A stretch of DNA of 64,000 nt from Candidatus Eiseniibacteriota bacterium (GCA_963783375.1 CAWANH010000028.1:736001-800000); one strand, 5' to 3'; shown: positions 52,512-62,685, counted from the first letter of the stretch. Made by a program: numbers and translations. The notes: generated by a model not told the origin, from the sequence alone.

Positions 52512-53090
52512 GTGACCCACCAACCCTACGAAGAGATCCTGCGGACGGCGGTGGCGGTATACCTCGCCCTCCTTCCCGTCATGCAGTGGTTGGTCTTTCG
52601 CGGACTCTACGTCCGGGGCGCGGTCGAGAGCGCGCGCGTCTCCCGGAACGTGCGCGACCACGTGCTGGCCGCCCTGCTCCGAGCCGGTCTCCTGAGCCTG
52701 GTCCTGGCCGTCCCGGTCTTCGGGTTGTGGGTGGTTACGGTCTGGTCGCGCCTCAGGTGGGACGTTCTGGTGGGAGGGGAGATCATGCTGGCGTTCGTGA
52801 TCCTCTCCCTGGGATTCACCTCGGCTTCGGTTCGCTTCAGCCTGGGCCTCATGACCCGGGTCCCGCCCAAGGCCGCTCCCCGCGCGTTGTTCGTGCTGCG
52901 GCTGGCCATGCTCCTGACCGCCGGGGCCTACGGCGCCGCGCTCTGGATCTACACGCCGGGAACCCCGGGGGAGATGCTCCTGGGGGTGTTCATCCTGGGG
53001 GCGGGACTGTTCGCGTTGGGACTGAACCGCATCGCCGAGATGGATCCGGATGTCCTGGCCCGTTTGGTCGAGGCCATGCGGCGGCGGTAG
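52512..53090 (+). CDS. Hypothetical membrane protein (about 5 TM helices)
   Basis: GAGGAG RBS, hydrophobic segments, genome-like codon usage. Confidence 0.7.
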   Translation: MTHQPYEEILRTAVAVYLALLPVMQWLVFRGLYVRGAVESARVSRNVRDHVLAALLRAGLLSLVLAVPVFGLWVVTVWSRLRWDVLVGGEIMLAFVILSLGFTSASVRFSLGLMTRVPPKAAPRALFVLRLAMLLTAGAYGAALWIYTPGTPGEMLLGVFILGAGLFALGLNRIAEMDPDVLARLVEAMRRR

Positions 53091-53211
53091 GGGATGGGAC
53101 CGACGCCATCCGATAGGAGCCGCACGACCAGGGCGCGAAGTTCACCGGCGTTCCCCCCGTTGAACCCGTTCGCGGGAAGACCCTCGTGAAGACCCTCGTG
53201 GTGCCGGGCGT

Positions 53212-54465
53212 CTACCCGGGTGTTCCCGGGGCGTCCGGCGCCGCGCCCTCGGGGAAATAGCGGTCCACCACCGCCGCCCCCACCGAGTCTCCCCACACGT
53301 TCACCGCGGTGCGGAAGCGATCCAGGAACCAGTCCACGGCCAGGATGAGACCGATCCCCTCCAGGGGGAGCCCCACCGCCTTCAGGACGATGACCATGGT
53401 CACCAGGCCGGCCTGGGGAATCCCGGCGGCCCCGATGGCGGCCAGGGTAGCGGTGATGATGATGATGACCTGCTGGCCGAAATGGAGCTGAATGCCCGAG
53501 GCCTGGGCGATGAAGATGGCCGCCACCGCCTCGTAGAGGGCGGTCCCGTCCATGTTGATGGTGGCCCCGAGCGGGAGCACGAACAGCCCGGCCCGCCGGC
53601 TTACCCCGTTCCGGTCCTCCGCGCACTCCAGGGTCACCGGCAGGGTGGCCGACGACGAGGCGGTGGACCACGCGGTGCCGAGCGCCGGGGCCATCCCCAG
53701 GGCGTAGCGGGCGGGGTTCCGCCGGGCGAGGAGGGCCAGAAGGATCGGGAGGACCACCACCGCGTGGATGGTGAGCCCGATCATCACGGTGAGAAAGTAC
53801 TTCCCGATCTTGAGGATCTCCCCCCAGAACGCCTCGCCGCCTCCGGCCTGCCCCAACCGGGAAGCCACCAGGCCGAACACTCCGATCGGGGCCAGGAACA
53901 TGACCAGCCCCACCATCTTCATGAGCGCCTCGTTCACCCCGTCGAAGAAGCGGAGCACGGGCTTCCCGACTTCGCCCAGGGTGGTGAGCACTCCCCCGAA
54001 TACCAGCGAAAACACGATCAGCGGAAGAATGTCCAGCTCGGCCGCCGACTTGATGATGTTGGGGGAGATGAGGCTGAGCACGATGTCGGTGATCCCGATG
54101 CGCTCCTTCCCCGCCACCACCTCGGGAACCACGGTCCCGCCGAGTGCCACCCCCACCCCGGGACGGATGACGTTCACCAGGATGATCCCCAGCACCACCG
54201 CCATCCCGGTGGTGGTGAGGTAGTAGAGGAAGGTGACGCCGCCCACCCGGCCGATTTTCCGGACGTCCCCCATGCTCGCGATCCCCACGATCATCGAAGA
54301 GACGACCAGCGGCACGATCAGCATCTTGAGCGCGTTGAGGAAGAGCGTCCCCAGCCAGGCCACGCTCTCCATGGCCGTGCCGAACTGGAACCCACAGAAG
54401 GCGCCGGCCAGGATCCCGGCCAGGAGGGAAAGCAGGAAGAGGTTTCCGGTGATCTTGAACCGCAC
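53212..54465 (-). CDS. Dicarboxylate/amino acid:cation symporter (DAACS/GltP family)
   Basis: STASSSATLP, LPLGATINMDGTALY, DRFRTAVNVWGD. Confidence 0.94.
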   Translation of the reverse strand: MRFKITGNLFLLSLLAGILAGAFCGFQFGTAMESVAWLGTLFLNALKMLIVPLVVSSMIVGIASMGDVRKIGRVGGVTFLYYLTTTGMAVVLGIILVNVIRPGVGVALGGTVVPEVVAGKERIGITDIVLSLISPNIIKSAAELDILPLIVFSLVFGGVLTTLGEVGKPVLRFFDGVNEALMKMVGLVMFLAPIGVFGLVASRLGQAGGGEAFWGEILKIGKYFLTVMIGLTIHAVVVLPILLALLARRNPARYALGMAPALGTAWSTASSSATLPVTLECAEDRNGVSRRAGLFVLPLGATINMDGTALYEAVAAIFIAQASGIQLHFGQQVIIIITATLAAIGAAGIPQAGLVTMVIVLKAVGLPLEGIGLILAVDWFLDRFRTAVNVWGDSVGAAVVDRYFPEGAAPDAPGTPG

Positions 54466-54650
54466 GGGTCCTCCCCGTTCTGAGTGGCCGGGCCGCGCTG
54501 CGGCCGGCGGCTTCCGGCGTCCGACCCCACGGGACCGGGAGCGGGCGCGCCCCCCCGACCGGACAAGTTCGCGTTAGGGCGCAAGATAGCAGAGGGGGAA
54601 TGGCTTGGCCACCCGCCCGAACCCGGCGCGGGCCGCCCCGAGGCCTCGGA

Positions 54651-55586
54651 TCAGGCGGGTCGGCGGTGGGGACGATTGGCGACCGCCACCCCCACCAGCA
54701 CCAGGGCCGCCCCCGCCGCCATCCGCGGGGTGAGCACCTCGCCCGCCGCCACGTACCCCAGGGCCAGGGCCACCAGGGGGGTGAGATAGGCCAGAAGGTT
54801 CAGCCGCGACACCTCGACGTGGCGAAGCAGCCAGAAGTAGCCGGAGAAGGTGACCACCGAGCCGAAGAGGGTGAGGTAGGCGATGGAGCCCACGCCCGGC
54901 CAGCTCCACGCCAGCGGCCGGCCGCGCTCCAGGAGCGCCCACAACCCGGCGTGGATCACCGCGGCGTAGATCATGGGGATCGCGGCCAGGGTGAGGGGAG
55001 GAAAATCCCGCGAGCGTTTCTTGGAGAGGACGGTGGCCGCCGCGCTCACCAGCGGGGCGACGAGGACCACCGGCGCGGCCACCGGGGCCATCGGGCTTTG
55101 CCGGCCGAGGTCCGAGGCGTTGATGACCACGATCCCCCCCAGCCCCAGGACCAGGCCCGCGACCCGGGCCAGGCCCAGCCGCTCGGCCTTCAGGATGAAG
55201 TGGGCCGCCACCCCGGTGAAGAGCGGCATGGTGGCGAAGATGACCGAGGTGAGCCCGCTCGAGAGGTACTGCTCCCCCCAGTAGACCACGCCAAAGGAGG
55301 TGACGAAGCTGAGGAGGGCCAGGGACAGGAAGAACGGCTGGTGTCGGGGCGCCCAGGGTATGCGCTCCCCGCGAAGCCGGGTGAGGAGCAGCAGGATCGG
55401 TCCGGCGATCCCGAAGCGCAGCGCCAGGGTGAAGAACGGCGGGTAGGCGTCCAGGCCGACCTTGATGGCGAACCAGGTGGTGCCCCAGATGAAGACCATG
55501 AGTCCGAACACCGAGGCCTGGGCGGGGCCGCTCGGGGGGGTGCCCTCGGCGGCGGAGGAAGGCGGGGGCTCCGCGGGTGTGTTCAT
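54651..55586 (-). CDS. EamA/DMT family transporter
   Basis: IWGTTW, ten TM helices, YLTPLVAL. Confidence 0.9.
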   Translation of the reverse strand: MNTPAEPPPSSAAEGTPPSGPAQASVFGLMVFIWGTTWFAIKVGLDAYPPFFTLALRFGIAGPILLLLTRLRGERIPWAPRHQPFFLSLALLSFVTSFGVVYWGEQYLSSGLTSVIFATMPLFTGVAAHFILKAERLGLARVAGLVLGLGGIVVINASDLGRQSPMAPVAAPVVLVAPLVSAAATVLSKKRSRDFPPLTLAAIPMIYAAVIHAGLWALLERGRPLAWSWPGVGSIAYLTLFGSVVTFSGYFWLLRHVEVSRLNLLAYLTPLVALALGYVAAGEVLTPRMAAGAALVLVGVAVANRPHRRPA

Positions 55587-55716
55587 CGGACGGATGGTAC
55601 GGGGGGGGACCCCCGGGGACAAGGACTCCCCGGTGCGCCCGGTCGCGCAAAAGAGGGCGCCCCTCCCGGCTGGCGGGAAGGGCGCCCGATCACGAACGTT
55701 GCGGGGATCGGAGAGC

Positions 55717-56268
55717 CTAGAACCGCGCGTACACCGCCGGGAAGGTTTCCCCCAGGTTGGCCACCACGTGGCCGCTCCGGGCCTCGTAGTACCAGCCTCC
55801 GCGCCCGGAACCCTGGGCCACGGCCTGGGACAGCTCGGGGAGGAGGCGGTTGTCGCGGGTGTCGATCCGGACCGCGCCCGATCCGCTGATCGGCTCGGCG
55901 GGGATCGATTCGAGGTAGGGGCCGAAGGGATGAGCGTCGTCTCGGACGGCCGACGGCTCGCCCCGGGCGTCGGTGTACTCGGTGAGCTGTCGCGCGAGGA
56001 TCTCGGGATCGCCCTGGCGGTTGAAATCCCCGGGGGCGGCGGGATAGGCCCCATGATCGGCCCGGTAGCTCTCGAGGGCCTGGCGGAGCTCGACCACGTT
56101 CTCCCGGAGGTTCGTCACCCCGCCGTGGGTGCCCCATCCCTCCCGGGCGATCTGGCCCACCACCACGATCATCAGCACCAGGCTCAGCCCCCACAGCACG
56201 TCGCGGAGCGAGAGGCCTCGGTCGGTCGGGTCGTCGTCGATGAGGGTCAAGTGACGGTGGTTGCGCAT
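55717..56268 (-). CDS. Orphan type II secretion GspG-like pseudopilin
   Basis: LRQALESYRADHGAYP, GPYLESIPAEP; degenerate prepilin site G-LSLRD. Confidence 0.6.
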   Translation of the reverse strand: MRNHRHLTLIDDDPTDRGLSLRDVLWGLSLVLMIVVVGQIAREGWGTHGGVTNLRENVVELRQALESYRADHGAYPAAPGDFNRQGDPEILARQLTEYTDARGEPSAVRDDAHPFGPYLESIPAEPISGSGAVRIDTRDNRLLPELSQAVAQGSGRGGWYYEARSGHVVANLGETFPAVYARF

Positions 56269-56460
56269 GGTCCTACCCGATCAGGGTATCGGCCGTTCGC
56301 GCCCAGGGCTATACCCCATGCCTGCGAAGACCCCGACTCGGCGGGGGATCCGGCCCGATCCGGGCCGTCCCCCACCCCGTCGAAACCGGGGATGAAACCC
56401 GCCCCAGGGTCCCCGGCCCGCGATCCGAGCCCCTCCTGGCGATGCCCCCGGAGCGGAAGA

Positions 56461-58815
56461 CTAGTTTCGGGCCAGGGCGGCCAGGGCGCGCTGGCTCTCG
56501 TACTCGGAGCCGATCTTCCCGGCGGCGTCCAGGTAGGCCTGGCGAACGTTCCCATCCAGATGACGCGCCCGCGCGATCCCGGTCAATAGGGACGCCAGCT
56601 CGTAGTCCGAGCCGATCTCCCGCCCGGCCAGCCGGATCAGCCGCTCCAGATCGGCTGGGGCCAGCTCCCCCGAGGACAGCGCCGCATCCAGGGCCCGGTG
56701 AAGCTCGTAATCCGAACCGATCCCCTCGGCGGCATCCAGGTAGAGGGTCATGAGCCCGCCCTCGAGCGGATAGGTCCCGGCGAAGAGCTTCAGGAACTCG
56801 GCGGCTTCGTAGTCGGAGCCGATCCCCGCCGCCTGGCGAAGCACCCCCTCCCGGGCCGAGGGGCGAAGATCGCCCCTCTCAACCAGGGCGGAGAGCGCCC
56901 GGCGCGCTTCAAAGTCGGAGGCGATCTTGGCGATCGCCCCGGCCGCGGCCACCTGTCCCGCCTCGTCCAGATCCGACTTCCCGGCCAGGAGCACCACCAC
57001 CTGGGCCAGCTCGTAATCGGAGTGGATCTCCTTCCCCGCCTGGGTCAGGGCCGCGGCGGATTCCTCGGGGGTCAAGGTGGCGTGTCCGAGAAGCGCCACG
57101 AAGTAGATGCGCTTCACGTAGTCGGAGGGAATCGCGGAGATCTCTCCGAGCACCCCGGCCGCCCCGTCCCGATCGAGGATGCGTTCCACCCGCGTCTCGG
57201 CGTTGATGCCGGAGACCCGGTAGATGTCCGGGATCATCCTGGCCAGCCAGGCCCGCGCCTCCGCGTCGTAGGGGCGTTCCTTCCCGTCCACCGTCCAGGT
57301 GTAGGTCCGGCCGGAATCCCCGCCGGGCTTCACCTCCAGCCGCCGGGTCGTTCCGCCCCGCCGCTCCTCGATCAGGAGCCGCGCCCCCGACCCCAGGGTC
57401 GCGATGTCCGTTTCGTCATCGGTGAAGGTGACCGTTCCCGTGATCTGGAGCCGGGCCTGCCGCCCGCCGTCGCTCCAGTTCGCGGTCGTCTGGTCGTCGT
57501 GGATGTGTATGCTGGCGCTCGTTCCGTCGACGTCGTCCCGGTGGATCCATTCGCGGATCTTGGCCAGGGGCGACACCGCCAGGGGAGTGGTGAGGATGGC
57601 GGGTCGGGCCTCGGCGATCGCCCCCGGGCCCCCTGCCCCCGGCGCCGAGGCCTCGGCGGGCGCTTCCGCCCACGGACGGAGAGAGGCCAGGCCGGCCACG
57701 GCGAGCACCGCCGCCGCCCACGCCATCCTTCGCGAGCCGCGGGCCGAAGCCCGGTGGGAACGGGTCTCATCGAGGAGGGCGGACAGGCGGCCGCCGAGCT
57801 GGGAACGCGGCGCCATGGCCATGGCCGCGCCGGCCACCCGGCGAAACGTTCGCGCCACCTCCAGAAGCTCCTCGGCGTACTCGCTGGGGCGGACGCCCGC
57901 GGCCAGCACCATGTCGTCGGAAGCCAGCTCGCGCTCGACCCGGAGCCGGCGGGCCGCCGCCCAGGCCAGGGGGTTGAACCAGTGGATGACGCAGGTCGCC
58001 TGGGCCAGAAGCTGACACAGGTGATCGCGTCGCCGGACATGGGCCAGCTCGTGAAGGAGAACGTGGCGGCGGCGGCGCGCGGACCAGACCTCGGCGCCGG
58101 CCGGGAGGAGCACGGTGGGGCGGAAGACGCCCCAGGTCATGGGCATGGCGTCGGCGGGGCCCACCACGATCCGCACCCGGCGGCCAACGCCGAGTTCCGC
58201 GGCCAACCGGCGCGCCTCCCGGGCCAGATCGTTCCCGGCCAGCGCGGTCGCTCCCCGCGCCCCCGACCATACCCGGAGGTATCCCGCGGCGAGGCGGGCG
58301 GCCAGGAGCAGGGCGCCGAGTCCCCACAGGGCGAGGGCGAGGTTGAACCACGGGAAGGACCCCGCCCCTGAAAGGTCGATCGCGGTCTCCGGTTCGCGAC
58401 CGGCGGGCGCGTGCCCGGAACCGGAAACCGCGGGCGAAGGCGCCTCCTGCCGGAAGATCACCCCGCCGCCGGGGACGGGGACGGCGAGCAAGCCGCGGGC
58501 CGGCGCGGAGGTCTCGGCCGGCGCCGGGGCCTCGGCGGGCGATGCGGTCGCCGCGGGGCGGTCCAGCGCGAGGGGGATCGCCCGGGGGAGCGGCACCCCC
58601 GGCACGACCGCCGCCAGGGCGGGGAGCGCCAGAACCGCGGCCAGGCTCGCCGTCCACACCGTATGGCGGGTGGCGGCGGCCGACCGGCGGAGCGCCCACG
58701 CGACGGCGGACCCGGCGGCGAGGATCACCAGCGCCTTCAGGGCCGCATCGAGGATCAGGAGCTTCAGGACGGGCGCGCCGGCCAGGGCCTCCAGCGCCTT
58801 CATGAAGTCGTGCAT
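56461..58815 (-). CDS. BlaR1/MecR1-type M56 peptidase with C-terminal helical repeats
   Basis: PMTWG, HELAHVRRRD, WFNPLAW, ERELASD; seven IxS(D/E)(Y/F)x repeats. Confidence 0.9.
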   Translation of the reverse strand: MHDFMKALEALAGAPVLKLLILDAALKALVILAAGSAVAWALRRSAAATRHTVWTASLAAVLALPALAAVVPGVPLPRAIPLALDRPAATASPAEAPAPAETSAPARGLLAVPVPGGGVIFRQEAPSPAVSGSGHAPAGREPETAIDLSGAGSFPWFNLALALWGLGALLLAARLAAGYLRVWSGARGATALAGNDLAREARRLAAELGVGRRVRIVVGPADAMPMTWGVFRPTVLLPAGAEVWSARRRRHVLLHELAHVRRRDHLCQLLAQATCVIHWFNPLAWAAARRLRVERELASDDMVLAAGVRPSEYAEELLEVARTFRRVAGAAMAMAPRSQLGGRLSALLDETRSHRASARGSRRMAWAAAVLAVAGLASLRPWAEAPAEASAPGAGGPGAIAEARPAILTTPLAVSPLAKIREWIHRDDVDGTSASIHIHDDQTTANWSDGGRQARLQITGTVTFTDDETDIATLGSGARLLIEERRGGTTRRLEVKPGGDSGRTYTWTVDGKERPYDAEARAWLARMIPDIYRVSGINAETRVERILDRDGAAGVLGEISAIPSDYVKRIYFVALLGHATLTPEESAAALTQAGKEIHSDYELAQVVVLLAGKSDLDEAGQVAAAGAIAKIASDFEARRALSALVERGDLRPSAREGVLRQAAGIGSDYEAAEFLKLFAGTYPLEGGLMTLYLDAAEGIGSDYELHRALDAALSSGELAPADLERLIRLAGREIGSDYELASLLTGIARARHLDGNVRQAYLDAAGKIGSEYESQRALAALARN

Positions 58816-58816
58816 G

Positions 58817-59206
58817 TCAGCGTCCTTTCCCGCGCGCTTCCTGGATGAGCGCGCTCAGCCGGGCCAGCTCCTCGTCGGTGAGGTCCTTCTGGGAGAGGTC
58901 GAGGAGCGCGGCCACCGCGTCCCCCGGCGAGTCGTCGAAGAAGGTGCGGAGCATCCGGCGGAGGGCGGAACGGCGGGCCCGGTCCCGGGGCAGGGTGGGC
59001 TCGTAGACGTAGCGCGGGCCGTCCTGGCGGTGCCGGAGGTGGCCCTTCTCCTCGAGGACCCGAAGCATGGCCCGGACCGCCGAGTAGCCCGGAGCCTGGG
59101 GGAGGGCGGCCTGGACTTCGGCCACCGTGGCGCGCCCCTCCTGGTAGACGATGTCCATGATCTGCCGCTCGCGGCGGCTCAGTTCGGGGAGCGGTTTTGG
59201 ATTCAC
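58817..59206 (-). CDS. BlaI/MecI/CopY family repressor
   Basis: LSRRERQIMD, YSAVR..L..LEEKG, GPRYVY, FFDDS; GGAGG RBS before GTG 59206. Confidence 0.92.
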   Translation of the reverse strand: MNPKPLPELSRRERQIMDIVYQEGRATVAEVQAALPQAPGYSAVRAMLRVLEEKGHLRHRQDGPRYVYEPTLPRDRARRSALRRMLRTFFDDSPGDAVAALLDLSQKDLTDEELARLSALIQEARGKGR

Positions 59207-59269
59207 GGTGCCTCCCTGGGAAATCGGGCCCCTTCGGCCCACGCCCCGCGGCGGGTCCACCCGGCCGTG

Positions 59270-59324
59270 GTGCTATGAAACCCGCACTGTGCTATAAAAA
59301 TAGCACTCAGGAAACGCCGGTCAA
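59270..59324 (-). promoter_or_regulatory. Promoter and tandem operators of the blaI-blaR1-like operon
   Basis: Palindrome GTGCTA-N6-TAGCAC at 59289-59306, degenerate copy at 59270-59287, minus-strand TTGACC-16-TATTTT overlapping them. Confidence 0.75.
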
Positions 59325-59508
59325 GGGAAAAGTAGCCGGGCGGAGCCGATCGTCGTGGGGTTCCCCGCCCGCGGACCGGTCGCCGGCCGGGGCGCCCTTG
59401 CCGGTCACTCCGCCGCCCCCTATGGTCATTGAAGCCCTACCGGGTCCTCCGGCCCGGATCATCCACCATAATCCTGCTCGATCCATCGCTCGCGAGAGGA
59501 GTCCTTCG

Positions 59509-60351
59509 ATGTTGTTGCCCCTTGTTTCCGGAGAGATCGTGGATCAACTCGTGCCGGTCGTCGCCAAGTGGGGCGTGCGCGTGGCGGGCGCCCTGGCCGT
59601 GCTCCTGGTCGGCTTGCTGGTGGCCAAGGCCATCCGCGGCGGGGTCCGCCGGGCCCTGGAACGCACCCGGGTGGACGCCACGCTGATTCCCTTCATCTCC
59701 AAGATCGTCTATTACGGGTTCCTCACCTTCGTGGTCCTGGCCGTGCTGGGGATCTTCGGGATCCAGACCGCCTCGATCATCGCCGTCCTCGGCGCCGCCG
59801 CCTTCGCGGTGGGCCTGGCGTTGCAGGGGACGCTCTCCAACTTCTCGGCCGGGGTCATGATCCTCATCTTCCGCCCCTTCAAGGTCGGCGATTACGTGGA
59901 GGCGGGGGGAAGCGCGGGATCGGTGGTGGAGATCGACATCTTCAACACCGTCCTCAACACCCCGGACAACGTCCGGGTGATCATCCAGAACTCCTCGGTC
60001 TACGGAAGCACGATCAAGAACTACGCCACCAACGACACCCGGCGCGTGGACATGGTGATGGGGATCGCCTACACCGACGACATCGGAACCGCGGTCGAGA
60101 CCATCGCCCGGGTGGTGAAGGCCGACGAACGGGTCCTGGCCGAGCCCGAGCTCACCGTGGCGGTGTCCGAGCTGGCCGACTCCTCGGTGAACCTGGTGGT
60201 CCGCCCCTGGTGCAACAAGGGGGACTACTGGCCGCTCAAGTTCGACCTGACCCGGAAGCTCAAGGAGGAGCTGGAAGCGGCGGGATGCAGCATTCCGTTC
60301 CCCCAACGCGACGTGCACCTCTTCACCGAGGCCGCGAAGACCGGATCCTGA
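59509..60351 (+). CDS. MscS small-conductance mechanosensitive channel (second copy)
   Basis: GLALQGTLSNFSAG, RPFKVGD, ELADSSVN, IPFPQRDVH. Confidence 0.92.
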   Translation: MLLPLVSGEIVDQLVPVVAKWGVRVAGALAVLLVGLLVAKAIRGGVRRALERTRVDATLIPFISKIVYYGFLTFVVLAVLGIFGIQTASIIAVLGAAAFAVGLALQGTLSNFSAGVMILIFRPFKVGDYVEAGGSAGSVVEIDIFNTVLNTPDNVRVIIQNSSVYGSTIKNYATNDTRRVDMVMGIAYTDDIGTAVETIARVVKADERVLAEPELTVAVSELADSSVNLVVRPWCNKGDYWPLKFDLTRKLKEELEAAGCSIPFPQRDVHLFTEAAKTGS

Positions 60352-60592
60352 CCCGGCCTGTTCATGAAGCACCGTCGCGAGGGGGGCACACGGCCGCAAG
60401 GCCGGGCTGATCCCGCATCGTTGGACCCACCGCGCCGGCGCGCGGTTGCAGGTCGTTTCCGATCGCCGGGCAAGGGCAAGGGCGGGCTTGCCGTCCGTCC
60501 CGGCGCCCGCGCCTCCGGTCGCGGGAGGTTCGACCGCAGGGCTGTGCCCGAACCGCCTCCGGGTTTAGGATGATCGCGCATCCCCGGAGGCC

Positions 60593-61774
60593 ATGGACAT
60601 GCGCGCCCTGAACCTGATCGCCTTCCTCGTCGTCATCGGGGTCTTTCCCTGGGCGCCGTCGTTCCTGCGCGCCGGCGACGAACAAGACCTGAATTCGGTG
60701 GAGACACGGCTGGCCGGGAGCCCGAACGATCCCGTTCTCCTCTTCGAGGCCGGGCGGCTCTACCTGGAGGCCGGTGATTTCCGGAAGTCGCGGGAGATGC
60801 TCCTGCGGGCGACGCGGGCGGACTCCTCCCAGGCCCACGCCTTCTCCCTGCTCGGCCTCACCTACGCGGCGGAGCTCAAGGAGGGCTACGACGGGACGAT
60901 CGCCGAGGACACCGACCGGCGCGCGAAACTCGTCCGGTCCATGGTCGGCGCCATGTCCCGCGCGGTGGCGCTCGCCCCCGGCGACCCCGAAATCCGCCTG
61001 ACCCGGGGGATCGCCTGCGTGGAGTCCCCGGTCTTCGCCGGGTTCCTGGACCGCTTCGACGGCGACATGGCCCGCACCATCACCCGGGAGATCACCCGAA
61101 AAGCGTATCGGGGGTACCTCCAGGACGCGGAGGACGATCTCCAGGCGGTGCTGAACAGCGAGGCCCCCGACGAGATGAAGGCCGAGGCGTACTACTTCCT
61201 GGGGCTCCTCCACAAGAACCTGGGCCTTCAGTACTGGCAGACCCTGACCAGGGATCACGCCTCCACCGACGCTTCGCGCCGGGCCTGGGACGCCATGCGC
61301 CCCGAGGGGGCGGAGGTCGAGCGGGTTTCGTTGACCCAGGAGCAGGTCCGGGTCCGGTTCCAGCTCGGGTTCGAGAACGACCTCGCCCCCCAGACCGCGG
61401 TCTGGGTGGAGGACGCATCCGAGGCCTTCGTGAAGACCCTCTACGTCTCGGCCTTCTCCGGCCACGTGGGGAGCTCGGAGGTCGTGCTCCCGGTCTGGGC
61501 CTCGGCCTCGGAGTTCCGGACCGACGCCGCCACCGGGGCCAGCATCGCCACCGGAACCCACACCCTGGCCTGGGATCTCACCGGGGGCGGCGGCGCGCGG
61601 GTCAGGAACGGCGCCTACACGGTCAAGGTGGAGGTCCGTCACTGGCCGAGCATGCACTACCAGCTCGCGGCGGCGAAGATCGAGGTCGGCGGCGGGAAGG
61701 GGAAGACGGTCACCGTCCGGGAGGGAAACCTCGTGCCCCTCCTGGAGCTCGCCTACCTCCCGGCCGGGGAGTGA
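60593..61774 (+). CDS. Secreted TPR protein with C-terminal DUF2271-like domain
   Basis: Signal peptide, TPR helices, AVWVED...FVKTLYV...W...DAATGAS...WDLT...GAYTVKVE. Confidence 0.7.
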   Translation: MDMRALNLIAFLVVIGVFPWAPSFLRAGDEQDLNSVETRLAGSPNDPVLLFEAGRLYLEAGDFRKSREMLLRATRADSSQAHAFSLLGLTYAAELKEGYDGTIAEDTDRRAKLVRSMVGAMSRAVALAPGDPEIRLTRGIACVESPVFAGFLDRFDGDMARTITREITRKAYRGYLQDAEDDLQAVLNSEAPDEMKAEAYYFLGLLHKNLGLQYWQTLTRDHASTDASRRAWDAMRPEGAEVERVSLTQEQVRVRFQLGFENDLAPQTAVWVEDASEAFVKTLYVSAFSGHVGSSEVVLPVWASASEFRTDAATGASIATGTHTLAWDLTGGGGARVRNGAYTVKVEVRHWPSMHYQLAAAKIEVGGGKGKTVTVREGNLVPLLELAYLPAGE

Positions 61775-61865
61775 TCGTCGGGGGGTGATCCGTGGGACGG
61801 CGTGGACCGCGGCTCCGGCCTCCCGCCCCCGGTGGCCGCCCCTCCGAGGCTCCGGGGCGGTGGGT

Positions 61866-62501
61866 TCACACCCCCCGGCGCGTCGGCTCCCAGATGTGTT
61901 TGTGGATCTGGGGCTGGAACCGGACCGGCAACCGGTCCTCCAGGATCCAGGACGCAAGCTCCGCGTACTCCAGCTCGCCGAAGACCGGGGAGAAGAGCAC
62001 CTCGAACCGGCCGGCGAGATTCCGGCCCCGCACGGTCTCCCGCGCCCATTCATAGTCGAGGCGGTCGCCGATCACGAACTTCACCTCGCCCCCGGGGCGG
62101 AGCCGGTCCAGGTTCTCCCAGTGGACCTTGGCTGCCTCGCCGCTCCCCGGGCACTTCACGTCCAGGATCACCTTCGCTCCTTCGGGGAGGACCGAGATGT
62201 CCCGGTGTCCGCCGGTCTCCACCAGCACCTCGAAGCCCTCGGAGAGGAGCCGGCGGCAGAGCTCGGGGGTCTCCGCCTGCAGGAGCGGTTCGCCCCCCGT
62301 CACCTCCACCAGCGGGCACCCGTAGGAGCGCACCTCGGCCAGCACGTCTTCCAGGCTCATGGGCCGTCCCTCGGTGAAGGCATAGGCGGTGTCGCACCAG
62401 CGGCAGCGGAGGTCGCAGGCGGTGAGCCGGACGAACACGCACGGCCGTCCCGCCCGGGTGGACTCCCCCTGGATGGAATGGAAGATCTCGGTGACTTTCA
62501 T
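61866..62501 (-). CDS. queE: 7-carboxy-7-deazaguanine synthase (radical SAM)
   Basis: EIFHSIQGE, CDLRCRWCDT, TGGEPL, QIHK. Confidence 0.93.
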   Translation of the reverse strand: MKVTEIFHSIQGESTRAGRPCVFVRLTACDLRCRWCDTAYAFTEGRPMSLEDVLAEVRSYGCPLVEVTGGEPLLQAETPELCRRLLSEGFEVLVETGGHRDISVLPEGAKVILDVKCPGSGEAAKVHWENLDRLRPGGEVKFVIGDRLDYEWARETVRGRNLAGRFEVLFSPVFGELEYAELASWILEDRLPVRFQPQIHKHIWEPTRRGV

Positions 62502-62593
62502 GAGGCGGTGATTGTAGCGCAGACCCGGCGGTCTACCGGGAGCCGCCGTCCGGCCCCGGAGTCCTTCCGACCGCTCGCCGTACCGATCGGGCC

Positions 62594-62622
62594 TAGACTT
62601 ACTTTGTATCACAAAGTACACT
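62594..62622 (+). promoter_or_regulatory. Sigma70-type promoter with palindromic operator in the spacer
   Basis: TAGACT-17-TACACT; inverted repeat TACTTTGT-atc-ACAAAGTA at 62600-62618. Confidence 0.7.
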
Positions 62623-62685
62623 ATGGAATGATCCATCATCCCCTCGGAAACAACGATCGACGCGGAAGCGCACGGAGGCACGACC

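Noticed and set aside
53176-53199. 12-bp tandem duplication GAAGACCCTCGT x2
   Set aside because: Only two units with no spacer; not a CRISPR array or recognisable site
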